DNA from: an uncultured bacterium | Lineage (GTDB): Bacteria > Lernaellota > Lernaellaia > Lernaellales > Lernaellaceae | Direction: 5' to 3' | DNA length: 64,000 nucleotides | Assembly: GCA_964534375.1 (NCBI GenBank) | Contig: CAZHPN010000005.1 | Coordinates: forward strand, 2,676 to 66,675 | Shown here: one piece after another, positions 8,996-18,154 of the stretch | How the letters are laid out: each line of letters starts with the position of its first letter | Position numbering within the stretch: position 1 is the first letter of the stretch | Program-made: the position numbers and the translations under genes | The notes under the pieces: model-generated | Seen by the model: the letters and a program-made list of their open reading frames with translations, nothing else | The model's database searches: none | Told to the model about the DNA's origin: nothing

Positions 8996-10681
8996 TTGAA
9001 AAATCGCCGGGTTGATGATACTGCTTTGCTCCGGCGTCGCGGCGACGGGGTGGGAATCGGCCCGGCCGGGCCGCGCGCGCGAGAGGCTTCGAACGACGTG
9101 AAAGTACTGACGCGCTGGCTGTGGCGGCTGGCGCCGTATGCGATCGTGCTGCTGCTGGCGGCGATCGAGACGGCGGCGATCGTCTATTTTTGCGACGGGA
9201 AATTCTTTTACACGCTCGACGATCCGTACATTCATTTGGCGCTCAGCGACAACATTTTTCACGGCCACTACGGGCTGAACGCCGGCGAGTTCTCGTCGCC
9301 GTCGTCGTCGATCCTTTACCCGTTCCTGCTGGCGGCGACATCGCCGCTCTGGCTGCACGAGTACGCGCCGCTCGCCGTGAATTTGCTGGCGATGCTCGCG
9401 ACGCTGGCCATGACCCTGCAACTGCTCGCGCGCGCGGGCCTCGCGAGCCTCGACCGGCCGCTGCGGCGCGCGCTGCTCGCCGTGGGATTCATCGTCTACA
9501 CCAACACCTTCGGCATCGTTTTCACGGGCATGGAGCATTCGCTGCAATTCGCGCTGGCGATCGCCGGCGCGACCGGCTTGATCGTCTTCTTAGAGGAAGA
9601 CCGCCTGCCCTGGCGCTTGCCGATCGCGATCGTCGTCGGCCCGCTGGTGCGCTACGAGGCGCTGCCAATGTCGCTGGCCATGCTCGGCGTGCTGGCGACG
9701 CTGCGGCCGCGCACAGCCGTCGCGTTGCTGTTCGGCATGGCGTTGCCTCTGGCCGCCTTCAGCGCGGCGCTGCACTACCTGGGTCTGCCGCTCCTGCCCG
9801 GGTCGATCCTGGCCAAGGTCGATTTTGCGGGCATTTTGGCGAACCCGCGCGAACGGTGGGAAGTGGCGCTGCGCAAGGCGAAGTTCCTGGAAGGGTTGTT
9901 CGTCGTGCTGCTGGCCACGCAGTTGTTCAAGAGCCTGCGGACGATTCCGGTGAGGCTGATCCTGCTCGTTTGCCTGGCGATGGCGGCGGCGCACCTGCTG
10001 TTCGGTTCGTACGGCGGCCTCTTCCGCTACGAGGGCTACGTGCTCGTCACCTGGGCCGCGTTCGCCGTTTACTTCTATCGGCGCTTTCTGGCGGCGCTGC
10101 TCGACAACCGCCGCTTGGCGACCGCCGTGACGCTGGCGGCCGTCGCCGCGCTGCCGCTGGGCTGGTTCATCAACTTTCCGGCGATCGTCAACCCGCTGGC
10201 CGCGCGCAATATCTACGAGCAGCAATATCAGATGCACCGTTTCGCCGTCGATTTTCACCACGGGCCGCTCGCCGTCAACGACCTGGGCTGCGTCGCCTAT
10301 GACAATCCGTATTACGTGCTCGATTTGTTCGGTCTGGGCTCGGAGACCGCGCGCGTCGGCCGGCAATCGGGGGCGCCCGAGTGGATGCAGCGGCTGGCGG
10401 CCGAAAAGCACGTCACCGTCGCCGCGATCTACCCGAACTGGTTCGACAACAAGCTGCCGCCGATGTGGACGCCGCTGGCCCGGCTGAAGCTGAGCGGCAA
10501 AAAAATCAGCGCCGCGGGCGCCGCGGTGACGTTCTATGCGACCGACCCCGCCGCGAGCGGCGCCCTGTTGCAGGAATTGGCCGCGTTCGCCGCGACGCTG
10601 CCGGCCGGCGTGGCTCTCGAATTCCTCGGCCCGCCGGGCCCGCCCGCGCCCGCGGTTCCGAGCGGCGGCCTGGCCGTCTAA
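8996..10681 (+). CDS. Polytopic integral membrane protein (GT-C-like topology, DUF-type); start may be GTG 9098
   Basis: >=10 predicted TM helices, an acidic extracytoplasmic-loop motif FYTLDDPYIHLALSDNIFHGHYGLN, and a C-terminal soluble domain. The first 34 codons are Arg-rich. Confidence 0.55.
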   Translation: MKNRRVDDTALLRRRGDGVGIGPAGPRAREASNDVKVLTRWLWRLAPYAIVLLLAAIETAAIVYFCDGKFFYTLDDPYIHLALSDNIFHGHYGLNAGEFSSPSSSILYPFLLAATSPLWLHEYAPLAVNLLAMLATLAMTLQLLARAGLASLDRPLRRALLAVGFIVYTNTFGIVFTGMEHSLQFALAIAGATGLIVFLEEDRLPWRLPIAIVVGPLVRYEALPMSLAMLGVLATLRPRTAVALLFGMALPLAAFSAALHYLGLPLLPGSILAKVDFAGILANPRERWEVALRKAKFLEGLFVVLLATQLFKSLRTIPVRLILLVCLAMAAAHLLFGSYGGLFRYEGYVLVTWAAFAVYFYRRFLAALLDNRRLATAVTLAAVAALPLGWFINFPAIVNPLAARNIYEQQYQMHRFAVDFHHGPLAVNDLGCVAYDNPYYVLDLFGLGSETARVGRQSGAPEWMQRLAAEKHVTVAAIYPNWFDNKLPPMWTPLARLKLSGKKISAAGAAVTFYATDPAASGALLQELAAFAATLPAGVALEFLGPPGPPAPAVPSGGLAV

Positions 10682-10701
10682 CGGCCCGCGAGGAAGTTGC
10701 C

Positions 10702-12435
10702 GTGTTCGTCCGTCCGGATTTGGTCCTGCTGCACGCGCCGAGCGTTTACGACTTCCGGAAGTCGACGATTCTCTACGGGCCGATCTCCGATGTGATTCCC
10801 TCGATGCCCGTGTTCGAGATGTACCCGGTCGGCTTCACGACGATCGCCGAAGCCCTCTTGTCGCTCGGCTTCGAAACCCAGGTCGTCAACCTCGCCGTCA
10901 ACATGCTCGCCTCGCCCGACTACGACGCCGAGCGCGCGATCCGCCGGCTGCGGCCCCGGCTCGCCTTCGGCGTCGATTTGCACTGGCTGCCGCACGCGCA
11001 CGGGGCGGTCGAAGTCGCGCGGCTCGTCAAGAAACATCACCCGGGCGCGCCGGTGCTCGTCGGCGGCTGGGCGGCGACGTATTTTCACCGCGAACTGATC
11101 GGCTACGACTGCTTTGATTATGTGTTTCGCGGCGATTCGACCGAGATCCCGGTCGGCATGCTGATGCGCGCGCTCGCCGACGGCGACCTGTCGCCGGCGC
11201 GGCTCGCGGCGATTCCGAACCTGACCTGGAAAGACGGCGCGGGCGCGGCGCACGTCAACGACCTGACCCATACGCCGGCGACGCTCGAGCGCTGCGGCAA
11301 CAACTATCTCAACATGTTCCTGATGAGCGTCAAATTCGGCTCGATCGCCGCGCAGATTCCGTTTCACGATTGGTGGAGCTACCCGATCACGGCGGTGATG
11401 ACCTGCCGCGGCTGCACCCAGCATTGCGCGATCTGCGGCGGCGCCGGGCCGGCGGTGCGCGGCTACGCGGCGCGCGAGCGCACGGCGTTTCGGCCGGCCG
11501 AGTTGATCGTCCGCGACGTGGCGCGCGTGGCGCGGTACACCAGCGGCCCGATCTTCCTCATCGGCGACCTGAACCAGGCGGGCGAGGAATATGCGCGCGT
11601 CGTGCTCGACGGCCTGCGGCGGCATCGCGTGCGCAACAACCTGATTTTGGAGTTGTTCGACGGCGCGCCGCGCGAGTTTTTCCGGCGCGTGGCGGACGCG
11701 GCGCCGCATTTCAATTTCGAGATGAGCCCGGAGACGCACGACGAGGCGATCCGGCGGCGCGGCGGCAAACGTTACGGCAATCGCGAATTGCTCGACTCCG
11801 TCGCCGGCGCGCTGAACGCCGGCGCCGGCAAGTTCGACATCTATTTCATGATCGGCCTGACAGGCCAGTCGCCGGCGTCGGTGATGGACACGGTGGAATG
11901 GGCGGGCGAGCTGATGGCGCGCTTCGACGAGCGGCTGGCGATTTTCATCAGCCCGCTGGCGCCGTTTCTCGATCCGGGCTCGCTCGCTTATGAAAACCCC
12001 GACGCTTTCGGCTACAAAATTCTCTTCAAGGATTTCGCGTCCTACCGCACGGCGATCGCCGCGCCGACCTGGAAGCAGGCGCTGAACTACGAAACCGCTT
12101 GGATGACGCGCGACGAGCTGGTCGACGTCACCTACCGCGCCGCGCGACGGCTCAACCGCCTGAAATTCGAACGCGGCCGGCTTGATCGGGCGACCTGGCA
12201 ATATGTCGACGAACGCATCGGGCGGGCGGTGGACCTGATGGCGAAGTTCGACGAGCTCCTCGCGGCCGGCGACCCGGAATTGCTGGCCCGCGAACGCGCG
12301 CGCCTGAAAGACGAGGCCGACCGCGCCAGCGCCGACACGGCCAACGCGCCGCACGAAATCAAATGGCGCGTGCTCGGCCGCAATTTCCACTACGGCGCGA
12401 TTTTGCGCGACCTGCTGCTGGGGCCGAAAATATAG
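10702..12435 (+). CDS. B12-binding radical SAM domain protein (class B rSAM)
   Basis: GTG start 20 nt after the upstream stop with an RBS GAGGAAG. N-terminal cobalamin-binding Rossmann-like domain (VLLHAPSVYDF ... PVLVGGWAATYF ... GDSTE). C-x3-C-x2-C motif CTQHCAIC. The first ~107 codons of the track ORF are an Arg-rich artefact. Confidence 0.75.
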   Translation: MFVRPDLVLLHAPSVYDFRKSTILYGPISDVIPSMPVFEMYPVGFTTIAEALLSLGFETQVVNLAVNMLASPDYDAERAIRRLRPRLAFGVDLHWLPHAHGAVEVARLVKKHHPGAPVLVGGWAATYFHRELIGYDCFDYVFRGDSTEIPVGMLMRALADGDLSPARLAAIPNLTWKDGAGAAHVNDLTHTPATLERCGNNYLNMFLMSVKFGSIAAQIPFHDWWSYPITAVMTCRGCTQHCAICGGAGPAVRGYAARERTAFRPAELIVRDVARVARYTSGPIFLIGDLNQAGEEYARVVLDGLRRHRVRNNLILELFDGAPREFFRRVADAAPHFNFEMSPETHDEAIRRRGGKRYGNRELLDSVAGALNAGAGKFDIYFMIGLTGQSPASVMDTVEWAGELMARFDERLAIFISPLAPFLDPGSLAYENPDAFGYKILFKDFASYRTAIAAPTWKQALNYETAWMTRDELVDVTYRAARRLNRLKFERGRLDRATWQYVDERIGRAVDLMAKFDELLAAGDPELLARERARLKDEADRASADTANAPHEIKWRVLGRNFHYGAILRDLLLGPKI

Positions 12436-12517
12436 ACGTGGCCGACATAGAAGGCGCTTTTTTTTTGACAAATCATGGAAAAAACCGACTCCCGGTCGTA
12501 GATGCTCGGCCGTCGAA

Positions 12518-13060
12518 ATGGTCGGCATGAATAGCGTACAACCCCATGGAACCAAAAAGGAGGCCGGTCCGAGGAAGATTGCAACGTATCGGGGGATTGA
12601 TTTGCACGTGGCGTCCTCGTCGTTGTACGGCGTCGCCTCGTCGGGGGAAGTCGTGCTCAGCGCGAGCGCGCCGAACGCCTGGGAGGCGCTGGACGTGGCG
12701 CGGCAACGTTGCCCCGGTCGGATCGTGGCGGCGGTGGAGGCCGGGTGCAACTGGCCGTGGCTGGTCTGCGGCTTGCTCAAGCCGGACAACCGCAGGCCGC
12801 CGGTGCGCTCGCTGTTCGGCACGACCGGTCACGCGTGGCTGGCGCAGGTGGAGCTGCCGGCGCCGTTCCGGAGCACGTTGAACGGGCCGGCTGGCGGTCG
12901 AGGCCGAGGCGTCTCGGCAAATCGAGGGCTACGAGAAAGAGGCGAAGATGATGTTGGGACGCAACCTGGCCGCGGCGGTTCGGGCGATGACCGTCCGCGG
13001 GGAGGATTTTGTGGTGAATCGTTTCGTCCGGCGCGCCGCCGCAGCGGCGTGACCGCACCC
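12518..13060 (+). pseudogene. Degraded IS110-family (DEDD) transposase N-terminal fragment
   Basis: YRGIDLHVASSSLYGV ... GRIVAAVEAGCNW resembles the IS110 N-terminal domain (vGIDvsK ... vvlEATGgY). The reading frame then decays and a frameshifted continuation (LAVEAEASRQIEGYEKEAKMMLGRNLAAAVRAM) follows. No C-terminal Transposase_20 domain is present. Confidence 0.4.
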
Positions 13061-13125
13061 GGAGAACGACGCCCGTGGCGGAGCGCCTTTGATCCTTGAG
13101 CCGTCGCCCGGCGACGAGTTCCCTG

Positions 13126-13130
13126 ACAGA
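13126..13130. repeat. Left target-site duplication ACAGA of the Mu-like prophage
   Basis: Identical 5-mer directly outside both prophage termini (13126..13130 and 54797..54801). Confidence 0.7.
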
Positions 13131-13300
13131 TGTTAACGCGCACGGGATATGCAAAAAGCGGCACAACCCGCAACAACGCGGGATAGCCCGAAAAACAAAC
13201 GACTAATTGCAGCGACGGGAGCGCCGGGCGTTTCATGAGGTTTGCAAAAAACGCGGAGCAAACGGCCCGGGCGGAGCATGTGGTTTGAAAAAACGGCGGG
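13131..13300. repeat. Left end: terminal inverted repeat plus 4 subterminal direct repeats (putative transposase-binding sites)
   Basis: GGGATATGCAAAAAGCGG, GGGATAGCCCGAAAAACAAACG, GGTTTGCAAAAAACGCGG, GGTTTGAAAAAACGGCGG. Their reverse complements occur at the right end. Confidence 0.65.
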
Positions 13301-13531
13301 ACGCATGGCAGGCGCGCAAGCGAGCGCAGATAAAAGAAAAAGAGCGAGTGTTAGGATGCGGGCACCGGGAACGGTGGCCCAGGAAATCAACTCGGTTGGG
13401 CCAAAAGTCGGGCCACCGACTTAAGTAACCGATAAATAAAGCGAATGAGTAAAAACACGTTTTTTGCTCTGGCCCGAGTCAAAAAAATGGCGTTTTAGTT
13501 ATCCGAAAGCCCAGCGGGCGCAATGATCCGG

Positions 13532-13624
13532 TCACATGACGCGAAACAACCAGATCAAAACGATCACGGCCGCCACGATAACCACGACCGAGAAAACCGT
13601 AGGAACTGTCTTGTTGGGGTTCAT
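13532..13624 (-). CDS. 30-aa single-TM micropeptide (MNPNKTVPTVFSVVVIVAAVIVLIWLFRVM), start overlaps upstream stop (ATGA)
   Basis: Translationally coupled to 13621..14175; one hydrophobic helix. Too short for the supplied ORF track. Confidence 0.25.
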   Translation of the reverse strand: MNPNKTVPTVFSVVVIVAAVIVLIWLFRVM

Positions 13625-14175
13625 CGTCCGCCCTTTTCGCCGGTCGCCAGATAGAAGCGTTTTTCATCATGCGAGGGAAGAAGATAGATCGTGACGATCG
13701 CGCCGTCGGGAGAAAATCCGGCAAACTCAAAAAACCGGCGAAAATTTTTCCGCCAGATTTGCGCGCCGTTCTCGATCGCGACCAGCGAACAACTGGCCGG
13801 CCCCGAAACCTCTTCGGCGAGGATTATTCCGCTATTGGAAACGGCGCGTGCCCCGACCTTTTTCAGCGACGCGCGCCACAGAAGCTTCCTTGATCGCATT
13901 TCATAAAGCGCGACAGTTCCGCGGTTCCCCATGCTGCCGCCGATTATCCGAAGGACCGCGAATTGGCCGTTCGGCGATTTTGGAGCCCTTTCGATCGAGG
14001 CGGCTTCCAACATGAGCCCCAGTTCGAACGTGTCGTCTGCCTTCATGAAGTTTTCCTTCGTTCGTTTCTTCGAACGCGATTTTGCCGTCGTCGATCTCTG
14101 GCTGCCAAGCAACACAGCAATGAAACGCAGGATGGATTTCCAGCCACTGCGCTTCATTCCCTCCCCCACCACCAA
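13621..14175 (-). CDS. Hypothetical immunity-region protein, co-transcribed with the repressor
   Basis: 184-aa ORF overlapping the repressor 3' end by 22 nt (alternative internal starts possible). No recognisable domain. Confidence 0.4.
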   Translation of the reverse strand: MVVGEGMKRSGWKSILRFIAVLLGSQRSTTAKSRSKKRTKENFMKADDTFELGLMLEAASIERAPKSPNGQFAVLRIIGGSMGNRGTVALYEMRSRKLLWRASLKKVGARAVSNSGIILAEEVSGPASCSLVAIENGAQIWRKNFRRFFEFAGFSPDGAIVTIYLLPSHDEKRFYLATGEKGGR

Positions 14176-15143
14176 ACCACGCGGCCGATCAGCGCCGCAG
14201 CGATCTCGTCATCCTTGAAGGTTGCGATCTCGCCCGAACTCGCATTGTCGGGCCGCGCGATCCACACGTTTTTCGCGCGGACCAATCTTTTGATTCCCAC
14301 GCCGTCGTCATATCGGAAGGCGCAGATTTTGCCGACGAGCTGCTCGGGGTCGCGTTGGGCGAGGTCGATCGCGACGAGCCCGCCGTCCGGAATCGTGGGG
14401 AGCATGGATTCGCCGGCGACTCGAAGGCAAACGGTTTTTGTCGGATGAGGGCACCAGTCCGAATGCTTGATCGACGGGATAAAGTCCTCGATCTCATCTT
14501 CGACAATCGCCGCCGGCGGCCCGGCTGCCGCGGCTCCCGAGATTAGCGGCAAAAGATAGAAGACCGGGTTTTCGCGCGTCGAACGCCTGGTCAGTGGCGT
14601 CGTTATGAATGTGACGTTCGCCGTGATCGGAGCACCGCCGCGGGTCGGCACATCTTCGATGCCGTGAAGGAGCCAAAGCGGATCGACCATCAAAGCCTCA
14701 CCAAGTTTTGTAGCGACCGCAATCTTCGGAACGGCCCGTCCCTCTACAAAATCACGCATCGTTTTTTCGTCAATGCCGACCTGTTTGATGATCTCTGCGC
14801 CGGTTTTCGGCGATCGATAAAGCATCGCCTGCAAGCGTTCCGCGAATGTTTTTGCCTCCGCGGGCGTCGGCGGAATCGGCCCAGGTCCTTCCAGCGGAGC
14901 CATCAGTCCCTTGACCCGTTCGTCGAACATCGGCTCGACGCCAAAGTTCAAAAAAGCAGGGGTTACACCGTATTTTGTCGCCAAAGAAGTCAGAAACAGA
15001 CTGCTCACTCCCGATTTTCCAGCCAACACCATGCTGATGAATGACCGCGAAACTCCTAAAGAATCGGCAAATTTCTGTTGCGTCAGTCCAAGGCGGGTCA
15101 TGACCGCCCGAATTCGATCTGGAAATTCTTTGTTTTGGTGCAT
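14154..15143 (-). CDS. Phage repressor, HTH-XRE N-terminal domain plus LexA/CI-type S24 peptidase C-terminal domain
   Basis: N-term RIRAVMTRLGLTQQKFADSLGVSRSFISMVLAGK (HTH_XRE). C-term ...VCLRVAGESMLPTIPDGGLVAIDL...GIKRL is S24-like with Ser-Lys dyad context. It is transcribed leftward at the prophage left end, like Mu c. Confidence 0.8.
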   Translation of the reverse strand: MHQNKEFPDRIRAVMTRLGLTQQKFADSLGVSRSFISMVLAGKSGVSSLFLTSLATKYGVTPAFLNFGVEPMFDERVKGLMAPLEGPGPIPPTPAEAKTFAERLQAMLYRSPKTGAEIIKQVGIDEKTMRDFVEGRAVPKIAVATKLGEALMVDPLWLLHGIEDVPTRGGAPITANVTFITTPLTRRSTRENPVFYLLPLISGAAAAGPPAAIVEDEIEDFIPSIKHSDWCPHPTKTVCLRVAGESMLPTIPDGGLVAIDLAQRDPEQLVGKICAFRYDDGVGIKRLVRAKNVWIARPDNASSGEIATFKDDEIAAALIGRVVWWWGRE

Positions 15144-15150
15144 TTTTATG

Positions 15151-15183
15151 TTGACTTACATAAGTAGCTTACCGTAAGCTACT
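15151..15183. promoter_or_regulatory. Divergent promoter/operator: TTGACT -35-like box and a perfect 10-bp inverted repeat AGTAGCTTAC-c-GTAAGCTACT
   Basis: Lies 8-40 nt upstream of the repressor start codon, in the repressor/early-operon intergenic region. The palindrome spans 15163..15183. Confidence 0.45.
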
Positions 15184-15322
15184 GACTACCATAGAAAACG
15201 ACCACGAGGGCTGAGCGTGGGAGACCCCAAACAAACCAACACCGAAGCGCGGAAAACCTTTGTCCGCACGCGTCCGCTCAGCCTCGCAGAAAAAAAACTA
15301 GCAGAGAACAAGAGCCTGAGCA

Positions 15323-15760
15323 ATGTCTAAACGACCGGAAAATCCAGCCCAAACGAGCCTCGGCTTCGTGCCGCGGTTCGATCCGTTGGCGCTGAAAAAG
15401 GCGCTGCGGGCGGACATAAGCGCCTGCCCTCTGAGCCGCGACCAGATCGCCGAGCGCATGCGCAGCTACACCGGCTGCGTCACCCCGACGCGCGCCACGA
15501 TCGACGCCTGGACCGCCGATTCGAAACCAACCCATCTGCCGAGCGTCGATGACATCGAGGCGTTCATCTATGTCACGGGGCAGCACCGGACTGCGGCGGC
15601 GATCGTCGCGCCCGCGCGGCTCTCGATCATCGGCCCCGCCGACGCCGAGCTGCTGGCGATCGCCAAGCTGCAAGAGGCTCGCGCGGCGCTCGATCAGGAA
15701 CTCGAACAAAGAATGACCGCGCGCGCGCGCGTTACAGAGAGAACAGGGAGCGGCCGATGA
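15323..15760 (+). CDS. Early regulatory protein candidate (Ner/Cro position)
   Basis: First rightward gene between repressor and transposase; 145 aa. No strong motif recognised, so the call is positional. Confidence 0.35.
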   Translation: MSKRPENPAQTSLGFVPRFDPLALKKALRADISACPLSRDQIAERMRSYTGCVTPTRATIDAWTADSKPTHLPSVDDIEAFIYVTGQHRTAAAIVAPARLSIIGPADAELLAIAKLQEARAALDQELEQRMTARARVTERTGSGR

Positions 15761-16075
15761 ACCTGCGCGGCCTGCCACCCGTCCCGTCCCACCAAGATGC
15801 AACGCGTCCACTCAGCCAAGTTGACGTCCATCTTAGCGCGGGGCGGGTGGCAGACCGCACAGAGAGTGTCCCGCGGGCCGGGTCGCAACAACAACGACAA
15901 ACAAGGCGGTGTCCGACAACGATGCGCGTTGACGCTCCAGGGTGCAAAAAATACAGGGCCAATCCAGACCCGGCCCGCATTATCTACCGACGCCCCGCGC
16001 GATGCGAAGAATTGAATCTGAGCGTTTCTCCTTCGCTACGCATCGCGCGGATTTTTCCCTTCCTGGAGGCGGCCC

Positions 16076-18154
16076 ATGACTGAGCCGCGCGTCGATTTCA
16101 CCGAGCCCGCCGTGCCCTTTGCGCCTCCGCGTGCGACCCCGACCGATGATTTTCTTTCGGCCGCCGAAGTTGTTGAGGCTTCTAACTGGTCGGAAACGAC
16201 TGTTAAACGGTACTTTAGAAACCACGCCGACGCGGTCGTGCCGACCGGCATCGGCAAGAAGCAATTGATCGCCCTTTCGGCGCTGCCGCCCGACGTGCAG
16301 CGGCTGCACCTGGCGCGCACCGGCCGGCTCGACGAAATCAACAGCGCCGAGGCGCAACGCGCGGCCGACGATTCGGCCTGGGTCGCGGCCAACCCGGACA
16401 AAGCGCCCGAGGCCCTGCGCCGCAAGGAAATCGTGCGCGGCTGGATCGCCCGGCGCGATTCGCTCGACCGCGACCGCACCGGCGCGCGCGACAACTTCGC
16501 CGCCGGGCACGGCATCAGCGGCGCGACGCTGCACCGCTGGTCGGCCGCCTACGAGGCCAACCATCGCCTCGCCGACCTGGCCGAGAACTACGGCACGAAT
16601 AAGGGCACCACGCGCGTCGACGCCGAGCGGTGGGGCGAAATTCTCAGCCTCTATCTCGACCGCAAATGCCCCAACCGCACCGTGGCGCAGGTCTACGATT
16701 ATTACGCCATGCGCTGCCGCTCGCTCGGGCAATCGCCGGTGACTTACAGCACGATTTTGCGCCAGTTATCCACTCCGGAAATTGAGATTTTGAAGTACGC
16801 GGCGCGCAAGGGCATTCAGGCGGCGATGGACCGCTTCGGCCCGTTCATCACGCGCACCCGCGCCGAGGCCTGGGCGAATCTGGCCTGGGTCGGCGATCAC
16901 TACAACATCGATATCCGCTGCGTTTCGCCCGACGGCCGTTTCCTCGCGACGATGTGGCTGACCGGCTGGCAAGATTACAAATCCACGATGCTCGTCGGCC
17001 ACGAAAAATGCGAGAGCCCGAGCGGCCAGAGCATTCAAACGGCGCTGCTGCGCGGCATCGAAAAGCACGGCCTGCCGGATATCGCCAACACCGACAACGG
17101 CAAGGATTATCTCTCCGAGGCCGTCGCGCTGCTTGTCGAGCAAACGCTGCACATCAAGATCGTCCGCTCGAAGGTCAAAAACGCCAAGGCCAAGACGATC
17201 GAGCGCGCGTTCCGCAACTGGTCGGAGCGTTTCTGCCCGGCCATCGTCGGCTGCCGCGGCCGGAACAAAAACGAGCGGCCCGAGAAGCTCGCCGAACTCG
17301 AAAAACTCACGAAAGACCGCATTAAAGCGGGCCTTCCGGTGGGTCTCGATCACGGCACGCTGCCGACCTGGTCGGAGCTTTCCGGCTTCGTCGATCACTT
17401 CGTTCATTGGTTCAACACGCGCACGGGCAGCGACGCCGAAGACCTCAACGGCGTGAGCCCGGCCGAGGTTTGGAAGACCGGCGACAACACCATCCGCACG
17501 GTCGATCGCGAAGCCCTCTGGATGCTCTGGCTCACCGTCGAATCGGTCACCGTGCGCAACTGCCAGGTGACCTTGTTCAAAGACTGCATTTTCCGCGACG
17601 CGGTCGCCCTGATGCCCTGGCACGGCCGCCCCGTCCAGGTCCGTTACAACCCGGATTATCTCGACAAGGTTTTCGTTTGCGACCCGGCGACGACGAAGTT
17701 GATCTGCGTCGCCCCTCGCGTGGCGAAAGTGCCCGGCTACGTGCCGGCGATGAGCAAGGCCGCCAACGAGGCGCTGGCTCACGAGAAAAAAGCCTTCAAA
17801 CAGGCCGTGGGCATGGAGCAACTGCACGCGGCCCGCATCCGCAATCTGACCTTCGCGCAATCGGCCGGCATTCCGGAGCGCGCCGATCTGCCGCCGGAGC
17901 CGACGATCGCCGACCACGCCGGCGGCTCCGTCTCGCAAATTCTGCCGATTTCGACGGCCGCGCGCGATGCGAAAACGGCGGAAAAAAGACTCGAAGAAAA
18001 GGCCGCTGAAACGGCCTTTAGAGACGCTTCAATCGACGATTATTACCGAGCCCCGGCCGCGGCGCCGCCCAAATCCGCCGCGATCGACGCCGACGAATTC
18101 TACCGCCCGCTGAAAACCACGAAAACCAAGGAGGTTGACCATGACCGAGACTAA
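16076..18154 (+). CDS. Mu-A-like DDE transposase
   Basis: 692 aa. RNase-H-like core with DDE residues in WVGDHYNIDI, IANTDNGKDY and AKTIERAF contexts; N-terminal HTH; RBS GGAGG. Confidence 0.85.
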   Translation: MTEPRVDFTEPAVPFAPPRATPTDDFLSAAEVVEASNWSETTVKRYFRNHADAVVPTGIGKKQLIALSALPPDVQRLHLARTGRLDEINSAEAQRAADDSAWVAANPDKAPEALRRKEIVRGWIARRDSLDRDRTGARDNFAAGHGISGATLHRWSAAYEANHRLADLAENYGTNKGTTRVDAERWGEILSLYLDRKCPNRTVAQVYDYYAMRCRSLGQSPVTYSTILRQLSTPEIEILKYAARKGIQAAMDRFGPFITRTRAEAWANLAWVGDHYNIDIRCVSPDGRFLATMWLTGWQDYKSTMLVGHEKCESPSGQSIQTALLRGIEKHGLPDIANTDNGKDYLSEAVALLVEQTLHIKIVRSKVKNAKAKTIERAFRNWSERFCPAIVGCRGRNKNERPEKLAELEKLTKDRIKAGLPVGLDHGTLPTWSELSGFVDHFVHWFNTRTGSDAEDLNGVSPAEVWKTGDNTIRTVDREALWMLWLTVESVTVRNCQVTLFKDCIFRDAVALMPWHGRPVQVRYNPDYLDKVFVCDPATTKLICVAPRVAKVPGYVPAMSKAANEALAHEKKAFKQAVGMEQLHAARIRNLTFAQSAGIPERADLPPEPTIADHAGGSVSQILPISTAARDAKTAEKRLEEKAAETAFRDASIDDYYRAPAAAPPKSAAIDADEFYRPLKTTKTKEVDHDRD

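Noticed and set aside
10678-12822. 714-aa ORF on the minus strand antisense to the radical SAM gene. Similar long antisense or overlapping ORFs occur at 27729..30818 (-), 57429..59930 (+), 54979..56469 (+), 16766..17938 (-), 1545..2435 (-) and 421..1323 (+).
   Set aside because: All are Arg/Ala/Gly/Pro-rich with no motifs, which is typical of stop-poor alternative frames in ~66% GC DNA. The opposite-strand or other-frame partner carries clear catalytic or structural motifs (CxxxCxxC, Walker A/B, GH92 signature, Wzx TM pattern).
15757-16083. 108-aa ORF between the Ner-position gene and the transposase.
   Set aside because: Arg-rich low-complexity translation with no RBS. The interval more likely holds regulatory sequence for the A-B operon.
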